Both the position numbers and the translations under genes were made by a program. A DNA stretch of 64,000 bases, from NCBI RefSeq assembly GCF_018977255.1, contig NW_024704742.1:25856001-25920000 (forward strand). Direction: 5' to 3'. This DNA comes from Callorhinchus milii (taxonomy: Eukaryota). Shown here one piece after another: positions 11,290 to 24,418 of the stretch. The stretch's first letter is position 1; every line of letters begins with the position of its first letter. The notes under the pieces are model-generated. The model worked only from the letters and a program-made list of their open reading frames with translations, was not told where the DNA came from and searched no databases.

Positions 11290-11520
11290 CAAATTGAGAA
11301 TTCCATGCATCCCACCTACACATGGAAATTCCAGTGGTAGACTGTCGGAATGGAATGCGCGCTCGGAGGGACACAATTCCGGAAATTATTAGGCGCAGGT
11401 TGGCAAGAGCCAATGCTTGGGGACCCCTGAGCGTGGGTTGGCATACTGCTGGAGTCTACCAGCTAAAACCGCGTAGCTTGCCATTGATAGCACTCTCTGC
11501 CAAGCTTTCCCACTGCTTTA
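11290..11520. repeat. Unclassified interspersed repeat, copy 2
   Basis: Similar to 125-385 and 56360-56430. Confidence 0.6.
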
Positions 11521-12111
11521 AATGTTCCTTTTCTGTAACCTTTGACGCTTAGTATACAGTATTCACAATTGGTTGTTTCGTGCTGATTGTAGTTTGCAAT
11601 TAAAATTTAAGTAACATTATTTCAGATAACACTTTGTTTTTTAGTGGTTTTGGCCACATTATTCTTACTACAGGTGCTCCTATCTATTGCGTTCTAGGTA
11701 GCTGAAACATGTACTTTTTATTTGTATTGAGAAAACTTTTATTGCAGGACTCCCCTTCAATCAGTTTCACGTGGCTGCGTTCACAATGGTTTCCTCTGTG
11801 GTTGCCTTGACTGAAAACTTGACAAAAGTACACGGGCAATTTTTAACACAAATGTTTCCTTATCTTTTCAAGTTTCTGTCTGCAAAACTTTATTTTTAAT
11901 AATCATCCTTGCATTTATGCTATGATGTAACACCTTATCACCTCATTGAGATGTCTCAAAACTCTTCAAAGGATATATTGTGAAGTGGGTTGACTGTGCA
12001 TTTGGGGGGTGAAATAAAGTACAAGTCAAACATTTTTTCTGGGGGGTGGGGGAGGGGATTGTATGCAACTGAGTGCAACTGATGTTACACAAAATATTTA
12101 TCAGAATAGTT

Positions 12112-13250
12112 CTGATGAGAGCCAACTTTCTACAGTTGATCATCAGCAAGACCGGGGCTCTCCTGATTGACACACACCAGTATCTCTGCACCTCAGGCAC
12201 TGGCAGCATCAGCATCCATGGAGGCACATTCCACCTCACCAAGCCAGTCAAGAACTTATGCATCTTGTTTGACTCTCAACTGTCCTTTTTGCCCCACATC
12301 CATGCCATGACCTGCTCTGTCTTCCCCCACCACTGCAACATTGCCCGACTCCGCCACTATTTCATCCCCCCGGCTGTCGAAACCCTCATAAATGACTTCA
12401 TTGCATCTAGGCTCGACTATGCCAATGCCCTGCTTGTCAGTCTTCCCAACACTTCCCTCCACGAGCTGCAGATTATTCAGAACTCTGCAGCTCGTGCCCT
12501 CTCTCGCCCTAGGCTCCGTGACCCCATCACATCCACCCTCGCCGGCTCCACTGGTTCCCCATCCCTCAGAAGATAGAATTAAAAATCCTCGTCTTCATCT
12601 TCAAGGCCCTCCATGGCCTTGCTGCCTCCGACCTCCCCAACCTGCTAACCCCTTGTCAACCTGTCTGCTCCCTCCACTCAGCAGGCTCCGGCTTGCTTCA
12701 TGTTCCCCGCCTGGCTTGCCCCACATCGGTGGTCGCGCCTTCAGCCTCTCTGCCCCACCCTCTGGAACTCCATCCCACATTCCATTCACCTCGCTCCCTC
12801 CCTTGTCTCCTTTAACGCATACCTCAAGACCCTAGTCCGACCATGCTTTTGGCCACCCTCCTACCCTCTCTGCCCTCCACCCTCCCTGATCCCAATTCCC
12901 CCCCAAAACTCCTCCCCACCCAGCCCTGCTCCCACCCCATACCCCACATCCCTGATCAGGCTCTGGCCTGCTCCATGTCCCCTGCCTGGCCCACCCCACT
13001 ATCAGCAGGCAGGCCTTCAGCCTTTCTGCCCCCACCCTATGGAACTCCATCCCACATTCCCTATGCCTTGCTCCCTCCCTTGCCTCCTTCAAGGTGCGTC
13101 TCAAAACCCTCTTGACTGAACCTTCGGCCACCCTCCAACCCTCCTTGCACTCCCGACCCCCAGCTTCGGTCCAAATTCCTGACTGTCCAGCACCTTGGGA
13201 CATGCTCCCGATGTGAAAGGCACTGTATAAATGTAATATTGTATTGTATT
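12112..13250 (+). mobile_element. L2-clade LINE, 5'-truncated and decayed, 3' part present twice
   Basis: ANFLQLxxxKT, FDSQLSF, SRLDYANALL and LQxIQNSAAR motifs of the L2 ORF2 C-terminus; L2 tail at about 13190-13250. Confidence 0.9.
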
Positions 13251-13944
13251 TCTTATGGTATTACCAGAAGGCGATGTTTAAGGGGTTAGTTTGCTGATTT
13301 GGAAAGCAATTAAATGTGCAGTTAAATCTCAACTGTGAGATTATTATATTGAGAGGAGAGCAGGCTATGCTCTAGATAAGTAGACTTCAGAGAATTGGAA
13401 TTTCTTGGGAACAATTCTATCGTGGTATGAATATTCAATAAAAAAGTAATTGAAATGTCACACTATAATTGTATTGAAATAATATATTGGTACATTAATG
13501 CTTTGAGCTTTGTTACATGTGAAAAACTATGACAAAGTATGGAAGGTTATAAAAAAATTCTGCTTTAGTAAACTCATCTGATTTCAAGAGAGGTTGGCAG
13601 CCTGAGAAAGAATTGGTGACGGAGTTACTTGCAGCAAATATTACCAGCAAGAGAAATTTAGCAAGTCATAAATCAGTACAGGCTACAGGCCATGGCCAAG
13701 AGGTGGAATCAGATGGTAGGTTGGTGTTAATAGTTTCAGGGTGAAAAGTGAAATTCACGTAACAAGGATTATTTATTCCCCAATTCCAAACCCCAATTCT
13801 TTTCGATCTATAGTATTGACAGAGTTGTTCAATAGAGATGATGCCGTACTTTCTATAAAGAGGTGATGTAAACCCTGTTCTGGATTTTGTCCTTGGCTGA
13901 TGTATCCAAGGGCTGTCATTTCTTTGTGGGCCTTCAACCTACCG

Positions 13945-14272
13945 ATAATAATAATCATAATAATAATCCTTGCATTTGATATAGCGCTTTTCATGTCAGG
14001 AGGATGTCCCAAAGCGCTTCACAGAACACACTGTAAAGTGAATTGACTGTATATTTGTGGGCAAACGCGGCAGCCAATTGCGCACAGCAATGTCCCACAA
14101 ACAGTCGTAGATTGAAAATGACCAATTTATTATTGTTTTGGGTTTTGGAGGGATTATTATTAGGCGTTTGGAGTAAGGAAACTTGCCCAAGGTTTCGCCC
14201 TCTGCCTGGAATTGAACTCAGGTCTCTCGCTTGCAAAGCGAGTGCTCTAACCACTGAGCTACAGGACTCCAC
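13945..14272 (-). mobile_element. tRNA-Ala-derived SINE, short young form, full length
   Basis: Head GTGGAGTCCTGTAGCTCAGTGGTTAGAGCA (A box), stem CTCGC-TTTGCAA-GCGAG, B box GAGTTCAATTCC, L2-like tail and (ATT)n. Confidence 0.93.
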
Positions 14273-15659
14273 AGTCGATAGATATTGACTGCACTAGAAG
14301 GAAACATATCTGCAGTGCTTTGTGGAGAATATATTGTAACTAGATTACAACATCTGTTACTCCAGAGATTAAAATGAATTTGAATTTACAATTATTCCTT
14401 GGGATAGAAGTTTGTGCATTTGGTCTGGTGGAAATGCTAACAAATTAGATTATATTGGAAAATGATACCAGATCTACTGATAACAGCTTTAAAGATTTCC
14501 ATTCAAATGGGAGATGTGTGAGACAACATGATCAGGGTTTCAATTGCCACTAGAGGGGACAGATTCTGTCCAAACATTTGTGGAGTCAATGACAGAATTT
14601 GGAGAATAAAATAACATAATCGGCCCTAGAATCCTAAGGAAATTGCACCCTTTATTTCTGCGTAATAACCTTAATTGGCTCTCATTAACGGAGAAGGTGA
14701 AGACGAGGGTTAATTTATTCTGTAAATTCCATTACTTTACATGGTGTTAAGATCAACACTGATTTATAGCTGACAAGTGTTTGTGCAAGCCATTTTTAAG
14801 AAAATCTACTTTGAGTCGAGATCAGCTTACCTGCTTGTAGTCAAAGTCAGCTCATCCCATCAAAAAGAGTTCTTTGACATTATTGACACTGTCGATTTCC
14901 CTAACTACCTTGAAGACCTTTCTCTTCAACCATATCTATGGGCATCTCCCCTTTTTCCTCGATTCGGCAATAAACTATGCAAAAGTTCTCCAAAACACTC
15001 CAAGGTGCTATCCTGCATGAAGGGTGTTATATTAATGCAAGTTGTTGTTGTGAATGGGTTTGAACTTGCCAGGCTGTGATCGGCTGCACCAATTACCACT
15101 TGCTAGATGGTTCTACGGACGATGTGAATGCAACTGATCTGGTGGGAAAGCAAAAACTAAATGACAATAATTAATTTCATATTGATCCACTGCAATTTCA
15201 ACCAATTTAATGGAAACAAGTAAATGTGGATGTTATATGCCAAGGGAGTTGAAAAAGGTACATCTGTCAACTATAGACACATTGGTTTGATCTTAATAAA
15301 TGGAAAACTCATTAAAGCACACTGAAAGATTATCTGTATGAAAATAACCCAACAAATGACAGTGTGGTAGGAGGATAAACCATATCACTGCCTTTTATAG
15401 TTATTAATAATCAATCTATGTTGAAGGGAGGTGACAAGGGCTGGTAGAGCTCTTTTGTTAAAATAAACCTTTTTTGGGGTGTGACCCACACCCTTCTATA
15501 GACAGCCATGAGAATTTGGAGTCCAGATGATTTTATTGCTTGAGTTCTTTAGGAAACCGCTTGATGTTGGGTTTGGAAGACTAAAGGATAGGTACTTTGG
15601 TAAATAAACAATATATTATTTTCCTTCCATTCAAATAATAGTCCCTTCCTGGATTATTC

Positions 15660-17095
15660 TGCGCCCGCCCATGTGAAGTACTTTACATTTTTTAACAATT
15701 AATTTCATCTACCATCGATCTGCCCAATTCCTAAGTATGTTCAAATCCTCCTGTAACCTTCTTGTTCAGCGTTGCAATCTACCATCTTCATTTGCGTCAT
15801 CTGCAAACTTAGCCACTGTGCTTGCAACTCCTCATTCCAGATAATTTATTAAAATATTAAACAAAAGAGGTCCCAAAACAAACCTTTGTGGAGCACCACT
15901 GGTGCCGTTTTCCCAGTCTGATGACATTCCCTGTACAACCACCTTCTGGGTTCTTCCAGTCAACTAGTTACATATACATTGTAATACTTTTCCACTGATT
16001 CCCAATTTCTTTACTTTCAGTAGCAACCTCTCAAGAGGAACTGTAACAAAAGTCTTAGTGAAATCCAGATATACAACATCCACAGCCTTATCAAGTTCCT
16101 TTGTCACACAGTCAAAGAAAACCAGTAAATTTAGATTGGCAAAACCGCCCCTTCATGAACCGATATTGGCTATCATTTATCATTTTATTTCTGCCCAGGT
16201 GCTCTGTGATTTTATCTTTAATAAGAGTCTCAATAATTTTACCCACAATGGATGTTAAATTTACTGGTCTTGTATCCTGGGTCAATTTTGTTACTTTTCT
16301 TAAAAATTGGAGTAACATCTGCCTTTCTCCAGTCCCCTGGCAGACTCCAGTGTTCAGCGATGTGTGCCAGCACTTCTGCAACTTACTCCCTTACTTCCTT
16401 AAGGAATCTTGGATGCAATTTATCCGGCTTCTGAGATTTATTAATTTTAAGTTTGTACAGCTGTTTGGCAACCATGCTGGTAGTAATATGAATAGTATTG
16501 CAACTTTCCTCTGTGATATCCTTGAGTTCTCTTTCCAGATCATTTAGGTTACCTGTCCTTAGTAAAAACAGAAATAAAGAACTGCACGATTGCAGCCTGT
16601 GCAGCATTATTTGTCATGTCCTCTCACGATCCCACCTTCAATGGTCATATTCCATCGCTTGTTTTCTTTTTCCCTTAATGTAACTGAAAACCTTTTTGTT
16701 ATTATCCTTCATATCTCTTGCCATGTTCACTTCAAAGTTTTTCTATGCCATTCTGATGCCTTTTTCTCTTCATTTCTGGCATGCTTTCTGGTATTGAATC
16801 TGATGTAATTCTGTGCCATTTTCCTTTAATGGCCTTAAATGCCTTTTTTCCTCTTGATGAGTTATTTTGTAGCCCCGTCCAACCAGGCAGGATTGCCTTT
16901 GAACATGGTACCTTTGCTTCCCATGGGTACACATTGTTCCATTACCTTCATAATCACCTCCTTGAAGGAACTCCTTAGTTCCTCCAATCCCTTCGCCATA
17001 TTTAAGCCTGCCAGGCCCACTCTGACAAGACTTCTCAAGCGCACAAAGTCGGTCCTCTTGAAATTTGGCAGTACTGTTTGGGTTTTTATAACCTC
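15660..17095 (-). mobile_element. CR1 LINE ORF2 (reverse transcriptase) fragment, frameshifted
   Basis: Motifs PDKLHPRFLKE, RPVNLTSIVGKIIE, GAPQRFVLGPLLF, FADD (15807-15796) and KCKVLHMG. Confidence 0.92.
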
Positions 17096-17199
17096 ACTTT
17101 ATCGAGCCAAGTGTCCGGTGGCATTCTGCTGCTTGCTTACCGCAGCTGTCTGGTGGGCGCTGCTGATTTTGATTTTTTGTGATGGAGTGACTGTGTATT

Positions 17200-17480
17200 G
17201 GTAGACGAACTCTGCAGTCCAACTGTGCACACCAATAGCCCACAAACGGCCACAAAACAAATGTCCAATTTTATTTGGTCAGGACACCAGGAGAAACTCC
17301 CTTCCCTTTTTCAAGTTGTGCCAAACAGGCAGATTGAACCTCAATTGAACGTCTCATCCAATAATGCAACACACTTGCACCACTGCACTGGAGTATTATT
17401 TTAGACTATGTGAGTTCAAGTCCTGGCAAGGGATTTAATCTCACAAGCTGCTGACTCAGAGGTAAGAGTGCAACCAACAG
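17200..17480 (-). mobile_element. Deu-domain-type SINE, decayed
   Basis: Head GGTTGCACTCTTACCTCTGAGTCAG and body similar to 59945-60366. Confidence 0.7.
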
Positions 17481-18219
17481 GAGGTTATGGGAAAATAAGC
17501 CACACTTGTTTGCAATACAAGCCCCATTCTCTCCTGTTTTAAGCCCCCCATTACCCTACATGCATGAAGCATGCTATACAAATGCAAGTTGTTGCTGTTG
17601 AATAGCCTTATTGAATTTTTAGTTTACAACTGATTTTTATGTTGCCAGTCATTAAGATATTTCAGACTCTCTAATGTGAGCCAAATATTTTAGCAACATT
17701 TACCTTTCCAAAATCCTGTTCTTCAGGTGCTCTGTAAGTCCCCACCTGTTCCTTTAGAGTTGCAGTTCATTCCTTGATCCTCAAACTATCAGTATGAGTG
17801 GATAAATTCTTCTCTATGTGGCCAACTGTTTCTATACATATGTAGTTCATTCACAGTGAAAAAAAACTCTTACTTGAGCAACAATGGTAACTCAACCATG
17901 GTGGCTTTGTCACTGTCTTTCCAAACCTCAATCTTCTTTTAAGTAAAAAAGAGAAATTTAATAATAACATTTTTTGAACATAACCCATGCTCATCCATTC
18001 AAAGCTGTTTTGATTGTATTTTCCTCTTTTTCGTATTGATTTTCTTTTAAATTGAGTTTTACTGAGACATTGTTCTGTGTCAACAACTGCAAAATTACAT
18101 TTGTATAGAGCCATTTATGTCAGGAGAATGTCCCAAGGTGCTGGACAAACAGAGTTTCGGACCCGAGCTGGGAGTTGGGATTGGGGAGGGTGGAGGGCAG
18201 GGAGGGGGAAGCAGGGAGA

Positions 18220-18995
18220 TCGAATTTCCTTCAGCTAAATGTTGACAAGACAGAAGCCATACTCTTTGGCTCTCGTCAACATCCAAAATCACATGGTTCT
18301 CACTTCCTCCACCTACCCTACCTCCCCCTAAAACTCTCCGAACCCGTACCAACCCAGGCGTCAGGTTCGACCCCCAATTATCCTTCCTCCCCCACATCCA
18401 GTCCCTCACCAGAACTGCTTTCTTAGGGTTAAGGTTAGGGTTAGGACTATTCAAATGCCCTCCTTGCCGGTCTCCCCTCCACTACCATTCATAAAATCCA
18501 GGTCATCCAAAACTCTGCCATCCGCATTCTTACCCACACCAAACTCCGCTCCCCGATAACCCCAGTCCTTGCCAGACTGCACTGGCTGCCTGTCCCAGAG
18601 AGCATCAACATCAAAATCCTCACCCTTGTCTTCAAATCCCTCCACTCCTCTGCACCCCACTACCTCTCTGACCTCCTCCCTCCTCAAAACAGTGCCCATT
18701 GTCTTCGCTCCACCGGGTCTGGCCTCCTCCTTGTACCCCGAATCCTCCGCTCCACCATCGGCGGCCGTGCCTTCAGCCACAATGCCCTGAGGCTCTGGAA
18801 CCCCCTTCCTCACTCCCTTCGGCTTGCTCCCTCTCTTCCTATTTTTAGGTCTCTGCTGAAGACGTTTCTTTTCGACTGGGCCTTTGGTCACCTTCCACTC
18901 CCTCCCCCCGGCTCAGTTCTGGGATCCGTTACTGTAAAGCGCTCTGAGACGCCGTCCGGCGTGGAGGGCGCTATATAAATCCAAGTTGTTGTTGT
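18220..18995 (+). mobile_element. L2-clade LINE, 5'-truncated
   Basis: [24 protein letters not shown] and LHWLPV motifs; tail TGTAAAGCGCTCTGAGACG...GGGCGCTATATAAATCCAAG(TTG)n. Confidence 0.9.
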
Positions 18996-19925
18996 CCTGT
19001 TCCTGTAGGTCCTGCTGGTCCTGGTCCTAATGAACCTGCTGGTCCTCATGGTGCTCAAACTGCTTTTCCTGCTGGTCCTGCTGGTCCTGTTTGTCTTGTT
19101 CCTGTTGGTCATGTTGGTTTTGCTGGTCCTGCTGCTGATCCTGCTGGTCCTTGTTCTGGTCCTGCTTGTCTTGATGCTGCTGTTCTTGCTGTTCCTGCTG
19201 GTCTTGCTGGCTTTGGTCCTGCTGGTCCTTCTGGTCCTTGTCCTCCTGGTCCTGCTGGTCATGATCATGCTGGTCCTGATGGTCCTGTTCCTGCTGGTCC
19301 TGTTGGTCCTGATGGCCCTGGTGTTCCTGCTGGTCCTAGTGGTGCTGGAATGGCTAGTCCTGCTGTTCTTGGTCCTGCTAGTCCTGCTGATCCTACTGGT
19401 CCTGGTCCTGCTGTTCCTGATCCTTCTTGTCCTGCTGGTCTTGCTGTGTTTTTATCCTGCTGGTTCTTCTAGTCTTGGTCCTGCTGGTCCTTCTGGTTCT
19501 TGTCCTACTGGTTCTGCTGGTCCTGTTCATACTGGTACTGCTGTTCCTCCTGGTCCTGGTCCTGCTTGTCCTGGTGGTGCTGGTCCTGCTGGTGCTGGCT
19601 GTTTCTGGTCATACTGGTCCTGCTGGTTCTGGTTCAATTTGTTCTGCTGGTCCTGTTGTTCCTGCCATTCCTGCTGGTCCTAGTCTGGCTGGTCTTGAAG
19701 TTCCTACTGTTCCTCGTCCTGCTGGTCCTGCTGGTCCTGGTTCTGGTGGTCCTGCTGGCCATAGTCCTGCTGTTCCTGCTGGTCCTAGTCTGGCTGGCCT
19801 TGAAGTTCCTACTGGCCCTGGTCCTGCTGGTCCTGATCTTACTGTTGCTGCTGGTTCTCATGGTGCTGGAACTGTTGCTCCTGCTGGTCTTGCTAGTATA
19901 GGTCCTGCTGGTCCTTTTGCTAATT

Positions 19926-19957
<32 letters not shown>

Positions 19958-20419
19958 GTGATGCTAGTCCTGCTGGTCATGTTGGTCCTGCTGGTCCTGC
20001 TGGTCCTATTTGTCTTATTCCTGCTGGTTATGTTGGTATTGCTGGTCCTGCTAGTCATTGTCCTGCTGGTCCTGTTTGTCTTATTCCTGCTGGTCATGTT
20101 GGTATTGCTGGTCTTGGTCCTGCTGTTGCTGGTCCTGCTAGTCCTGTTATAGCTGTTCCTGTTGGTCCTGGTCCTGCTGGTTTTGGTCCTGCTGATCCTG
20201 CTGATGCAGGTCCTGGTCCTGCTGGTCCTGCTGGTCCTTGTCCTGCAGGTCCTGCTGGTCCTTTTGGTCCTTGTCCTGCTGGTTCTGGTCCTGATGGACC
20301 TACTGGTCCTGCTGGCCCTGTTCCTGCTGGTCCTGTTGGTCCTGTTGTTTCTGCTGGTCCTGTTTTTCCTGCTTTAGTCTGCTGGTCCATGTCCTTCTGG
20401 TCCTAGTCCGACTGGTCTT

Positions 20420-20497
20420 GCCATGACCTTATTGAATGGCGGGGCAGGCTCGAGGGGATGAATGGTCTACTCTTGCTCTTAATTCCTATGTTCTTGT
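20420..20497 (+). mobile_element. CR1-type 3' terminal fragment inside the array
   Basis: ATTGAATGGCGGGGCAGGCTCGAGGGGATGAATGGTCTACTCTTGCTCTTAATTCCTATGTT resembles chondrichthyan CR1 3' ends as I recall them. Confidence 0.75.
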
Positions 20498-21332
20498 GGT
20501 CCTGCTTGTCTTGCTGTTCCTATTGGTCTTGGTGGTCCTGGTCCTGTTGGTCCTGCTGATCCTGGGGGTGCTGGTCCTGCTGGTCCTGATCCTGATGGTC
20601 ATGCTGATCCTGGTCCTGCTGCTCCTGCTGGTCCTGGTCCTGCTGGTTCTTTTGGTCCTTGTCCTGCTGATCCTGTTCGTGCTGGTACTGCTGTTCAAGC
20701 TGGTCCTGGTCCTTCTTGTCCTGCTGGTCCTGCTGGTCCTGCTGGTCCAGGTCCTGCTGGTCCTGCTGGTCCTGGTGGTGCTGGTCCTGCTGGTCCTGTT
20801 GGTACTTGTCCTGCTGGTCTTGATGGTCCTGTTCGTGCTGGCACTGTTGGTCCTACTGGTCCTGGTCCTGCTTGTCCGGGCTATCCTGCTGGTTTTGTTG
20901 TTCCTGGTCATGTTGGTCCTGCAGCTACTGGTATTTTTGGTCCTGCTGGTCCTGTTCCTGCTGGTCCTGTTCCTGCTGGTTCTGGGGTTGCTGGTCCTGC
21001 TGTCCTGCTTGTTCTGGTGGTGCTGGAAGTGCTGCTCCTGCTGTTCTTGGTCCTGTTGGTCCTGCTGGTCTGGCTGTTCTTGGTCCTTCCAGTCCTGGTG
21101 AACCTACTGGTCCCGGTCCTGCTGGTCCTCCTGATCCTGTTCCTGCTGCTCCTGCTGTTCTTGCTGTTCCTGTTGGTCCTGGTTCTGCTGGTCCTGATGA
21201 TCCTGCTGTTCCTGATCCTGCTGGTCCTGGTGGTCCTGGTCCTGCTTGTCCTGTTGGTCCTTGTCCAGCTGGTCCTGCTGTTCCTGGTCCTGCTGGTCCC
21301 ACAGATTCTGGTATTTTTGGTCCTGCAGTTCT

Positions 21333-21395
21333 TGCGCCTTGGGACGTCCTCCCAATGTGAAAGGCACTCTATAAATGGAATCTTGTTGTTGTTGT
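21333..21395 (+). mobile_element. L2 3' tail fragment inside the array
   Basis: GCGCCTTGGGACGTCCTCCCAATGTGAAAGGCACT.TATAAATG..(TTG)n, near-identical to the L2 tail at 46120-46180. Confidence 0.85.
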
Positions 21396-23237
21396 CCTGA
21401 TCCTGATGGACCTGCTGGTCCTGTTTGTCTTGTTCCTGCTAGTCATGTTGGTATTGCTGGTTCTACTGGTTCTGCTGGTCCTAATCCTGCTGTTCCTGCT
21501 GGTCCTGCTGGTGCTGGTCCTAGTCCTTCTGGTCCTGCTGGTCCTGTTAGGGTTGTTTCTGCTGGTCCTGATCCGGCTGTTCCTGGTCCTGCTGCGGCTG
21601 CTAGTCCTGGTACTGCTGTTTTTTGGTCCGGCTGATCCTGCTGGTGCTGGTCCTTGTCCTGCTGCTCCTACTGGTTCTGTTCCTGCTGGTCCTGGTCCTT
21701 CTCATCCTGCTGGTCCTGCTGGTCCTCTTGGTGCTGGAACTGCTGCTCCTGCTGGTCCTGGTCCTGCTGGTCCTCCTGATCCTGTTCCTGCTGGTCCTTT
21801 TTCTGCTTGTCCGGTTGGTCCTGCTGGTGCTGGTCCTGCTGGTCCTGATGGTCCTGTTTATGCTGGTCTTGCTGGTCCTCGTCATATTGGTCCTCAGGTT
21901 CTGGTATTTTTGGTCCTGCAGGTCCTGGTCATGCTGGACTTGCTGGTCCTGCTGTAACTGGTCCTGCTGGTTCTGCTGGTCCTGATATTCATGCTGGTCC
22001 TTGTCCTTCTTGTCCTGCTAGTCCTGCTGGTCTTGGTCCTGCTGATCCTGCTGGTCCTGCTGGTCCTGGTCTTGCTGGTCCTGTTGGTCCTGCTCGTCCT
22101 GGTTGTCCTGCTGGTCATGTTTCTGCTGGTCCTGTTCATGCTGATCCTGCTGGTCCTGCTGGTCCTTTTGGTCATGCTAGTCCTGGTCCTGCTGCTCCTG
22201 GTCCTCCTTGTCCTGCTGATCCTAGTCTTGCTGGTCCTGCCAGTCTTCCTGGTCCTGGTCCTGCTGGTCCAACTGGTCCTGCTGATCCTGGTCCTGCTGG
22301 TCCTGCATCATCATCATCATCATCATTTCTGGTCCTGTTCTTGCTGGTCCTGCTGGTCCTGCTGGTCATTGTCCTGCAGGTCCTGTTGGTCCTATTCATG
22401 CTGGTCCTGCTGGTTATTGTCCTGCAGCTCCTGCTGGACCTGCTGTCTTCGTGGTGCTGAAACTGCTGCTCCTGCTAGTCCTGATCCCGCTGGTCCTGTT
22501 CCTGCTGGTCCTGTTCCTGCTGGTCCTGTTGTCGGTCCTGCTAGTCCTGGTCCTGCTGGTCCTGTTGATCCTGCTGGTCCTACTAGTCCTGCTGTTCCTG
22601 CTCGTCCTCATGGTGCTGGAACTGCTGCTCCTGCTGGTCCTGGTCTGGCTGGTCCTGCTGGTCCTGCTGATCCTGCTGGTCTTGGTCCTGCTTGTCCTGC
22701 TGGTCTTGTCCTGCTGGTCCTGCTGGTCCTGCTGGACTTGGACCTGTTGTTCCTGCTGGTTCTACTGGTCCTCATGGTGCTGGAACTGCTGCTCCTGCTG
22801 GTCCTGCTAGACCTGTTCCTGCTGGTTCTGCTGGTCCTGTTATTCATGCTGGTCCTTGTCCTTCTTGCCCTTCTAGTCCTGGTCCTGCTGGTCCTGCTGG
22901 TCCTGGATATAATCTTGTTGTTGTTGTCCTGGTCCTCTTGGACCTACTGTTCCTGGTACTGCTTGTCCTGTTGATCCTGGTCCTGCTTGTCCTGCTGGTC
23001 TTATTCCTACTGGTCCAGCTGGTCCTGCTGGAACTGCTGGTCCTAGTCCTGGTTCTCCTTGTCCTGCTGATCTTGGTCCTGCAGGTCCTACTATTCCTGC
23101 TGGTCTTTCTCCTGCTTGTCCAACTGATCCTGATGGTCCTGCTTGTCCCACTGGTCCTGGTTCTGCTGGTCCACTTCCTGCTGGTCCTGGTCCTGTTGAT
23201 CATGCAGATCCTGTGAGTCCTGCTTGTCCTGGTCCTG

Positions 23238-23430
23238 CATCATTATCATCATCATCATATGCATCATCCTAACCATTCATCACCATCATCATCATCATCA
23301 TCATCATGTTCACCATCATCATGATTATCATCACGATAATCATAATCATAATAATCATTCATGATCATAATATTCATGATCATCATCATAATCATAATAA
23401 TAATCATAATAATCATAATCATCATTGTCA
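23238..23430 (+). repeat. (CAT)n/(AAT)n compound microsatellite
   Basis: Directly visible. Confidence 0.93.
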
Positions 23431-23959
23431 TTGTGATGGTGATAATATCAGAAATAGGTGCATTTATAAAACTGTAACGTAATTCGACAAATAAGAAAAG
23501 TGCCACAAAGTTTCTAACCATAAAAACTTTTGCTTGCTGTTAGACTATCTTCTCATTCAGTACTCAATAGGGGGCAGTGTTGCTCTACAAAACAGGAAGT
23601 GTCTGCACCTTGGGAATCTATTGTGCTGACTTTCTGTTAAACTTTATCCGTCTCGTTGGGAAGTGACTGTGAATATATTTGTACCATTATCGTCTTAAGC
23701 ATAACTTTGGCGAGGTCTATGTTGTGAGAGGGTTGGAACGCTTTTTGGAATGTGACTCTGTACAGAGAGTCGGTATGGACCATGGTACAGGTACAGGTAT
23801 ATATGACTCACATACAGTATTTGTGCAGCACCATGTGGAACAAGAAGAATGTTTTGAGATCCTTGATTATATTCAAGGATGATATTGATGATTCTTAAAT
23901 GTGTGACAAATTGTCACAGCAATAAGATATCACAATGGATGTCTTACATTGACATTGTG

Positions 23960-24336
23960 TGTCAGGCTGGTTCAGTTGGTACCACTCGCACCTCTGGGTC
24001 TTAAGGTTGTGAGTTGAATCCCCACATTGGGACATGGAAGCCATGGAGTCTGACATTCAGTGTAGTGCTGCGGATGCTGTCCTTTGTATGAGACATTAAA
24101 CTGAGGTATTCGATAAGAGAAGGAAGTTCCTCGTGGTGTTCAAGCCAACATTTCCCCAAATAAAATTGGACACTTACTCTATGGCTGTTTGTAGGACATT
24201 GTTGTGCACAGGCTGCTCTGTTTGCGTACAAAATACACACAATGACATAACTTTACTGTGAAGCACTTTGAGACGTCTTGACAATGTCATCAGGTGCTAT
24301 ATCAAATGCAAGGATTATTCTTCATTATTATTATTA
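23960..24336 (+). mobile_element. Deu-domain-type SINE, near full length
   Basis: tRNA-like head (GTTCAGTTGGTA, GTTGAATCCC), GAGACATTAAACTGAGG body, common 3' module and (ATT)n. Confidence 0.8.
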
Positions 24337-24418
24337 ATCCCAATGCATACATGTAAATAAGATTGGATCCAGTGTACCATCAAATAGGAAAGCTGCCAAA
24401 CATGTACTCTTGGAGTAG

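Larger units (their letters stand above)
18996..23240 (+). repeat. About 4.2-kb degenerate trinucleotide array dominated by (GGTCCTGCT)n
   Basis: Almost every triplet is NNT (GGT, CCT, GCT, GTT, CTT, GAT); phase slips occur; interrupted by short LINE tails. Confidence 0.97.

Noticed and set aside
18996..23240. Collagen gene or multi-pass membrane protein
   Set aside because: Gly-X-Y register breaks often, frames slip, there are no splice-bounded exons or propeptide domains, and LINE tails interrupt the array.
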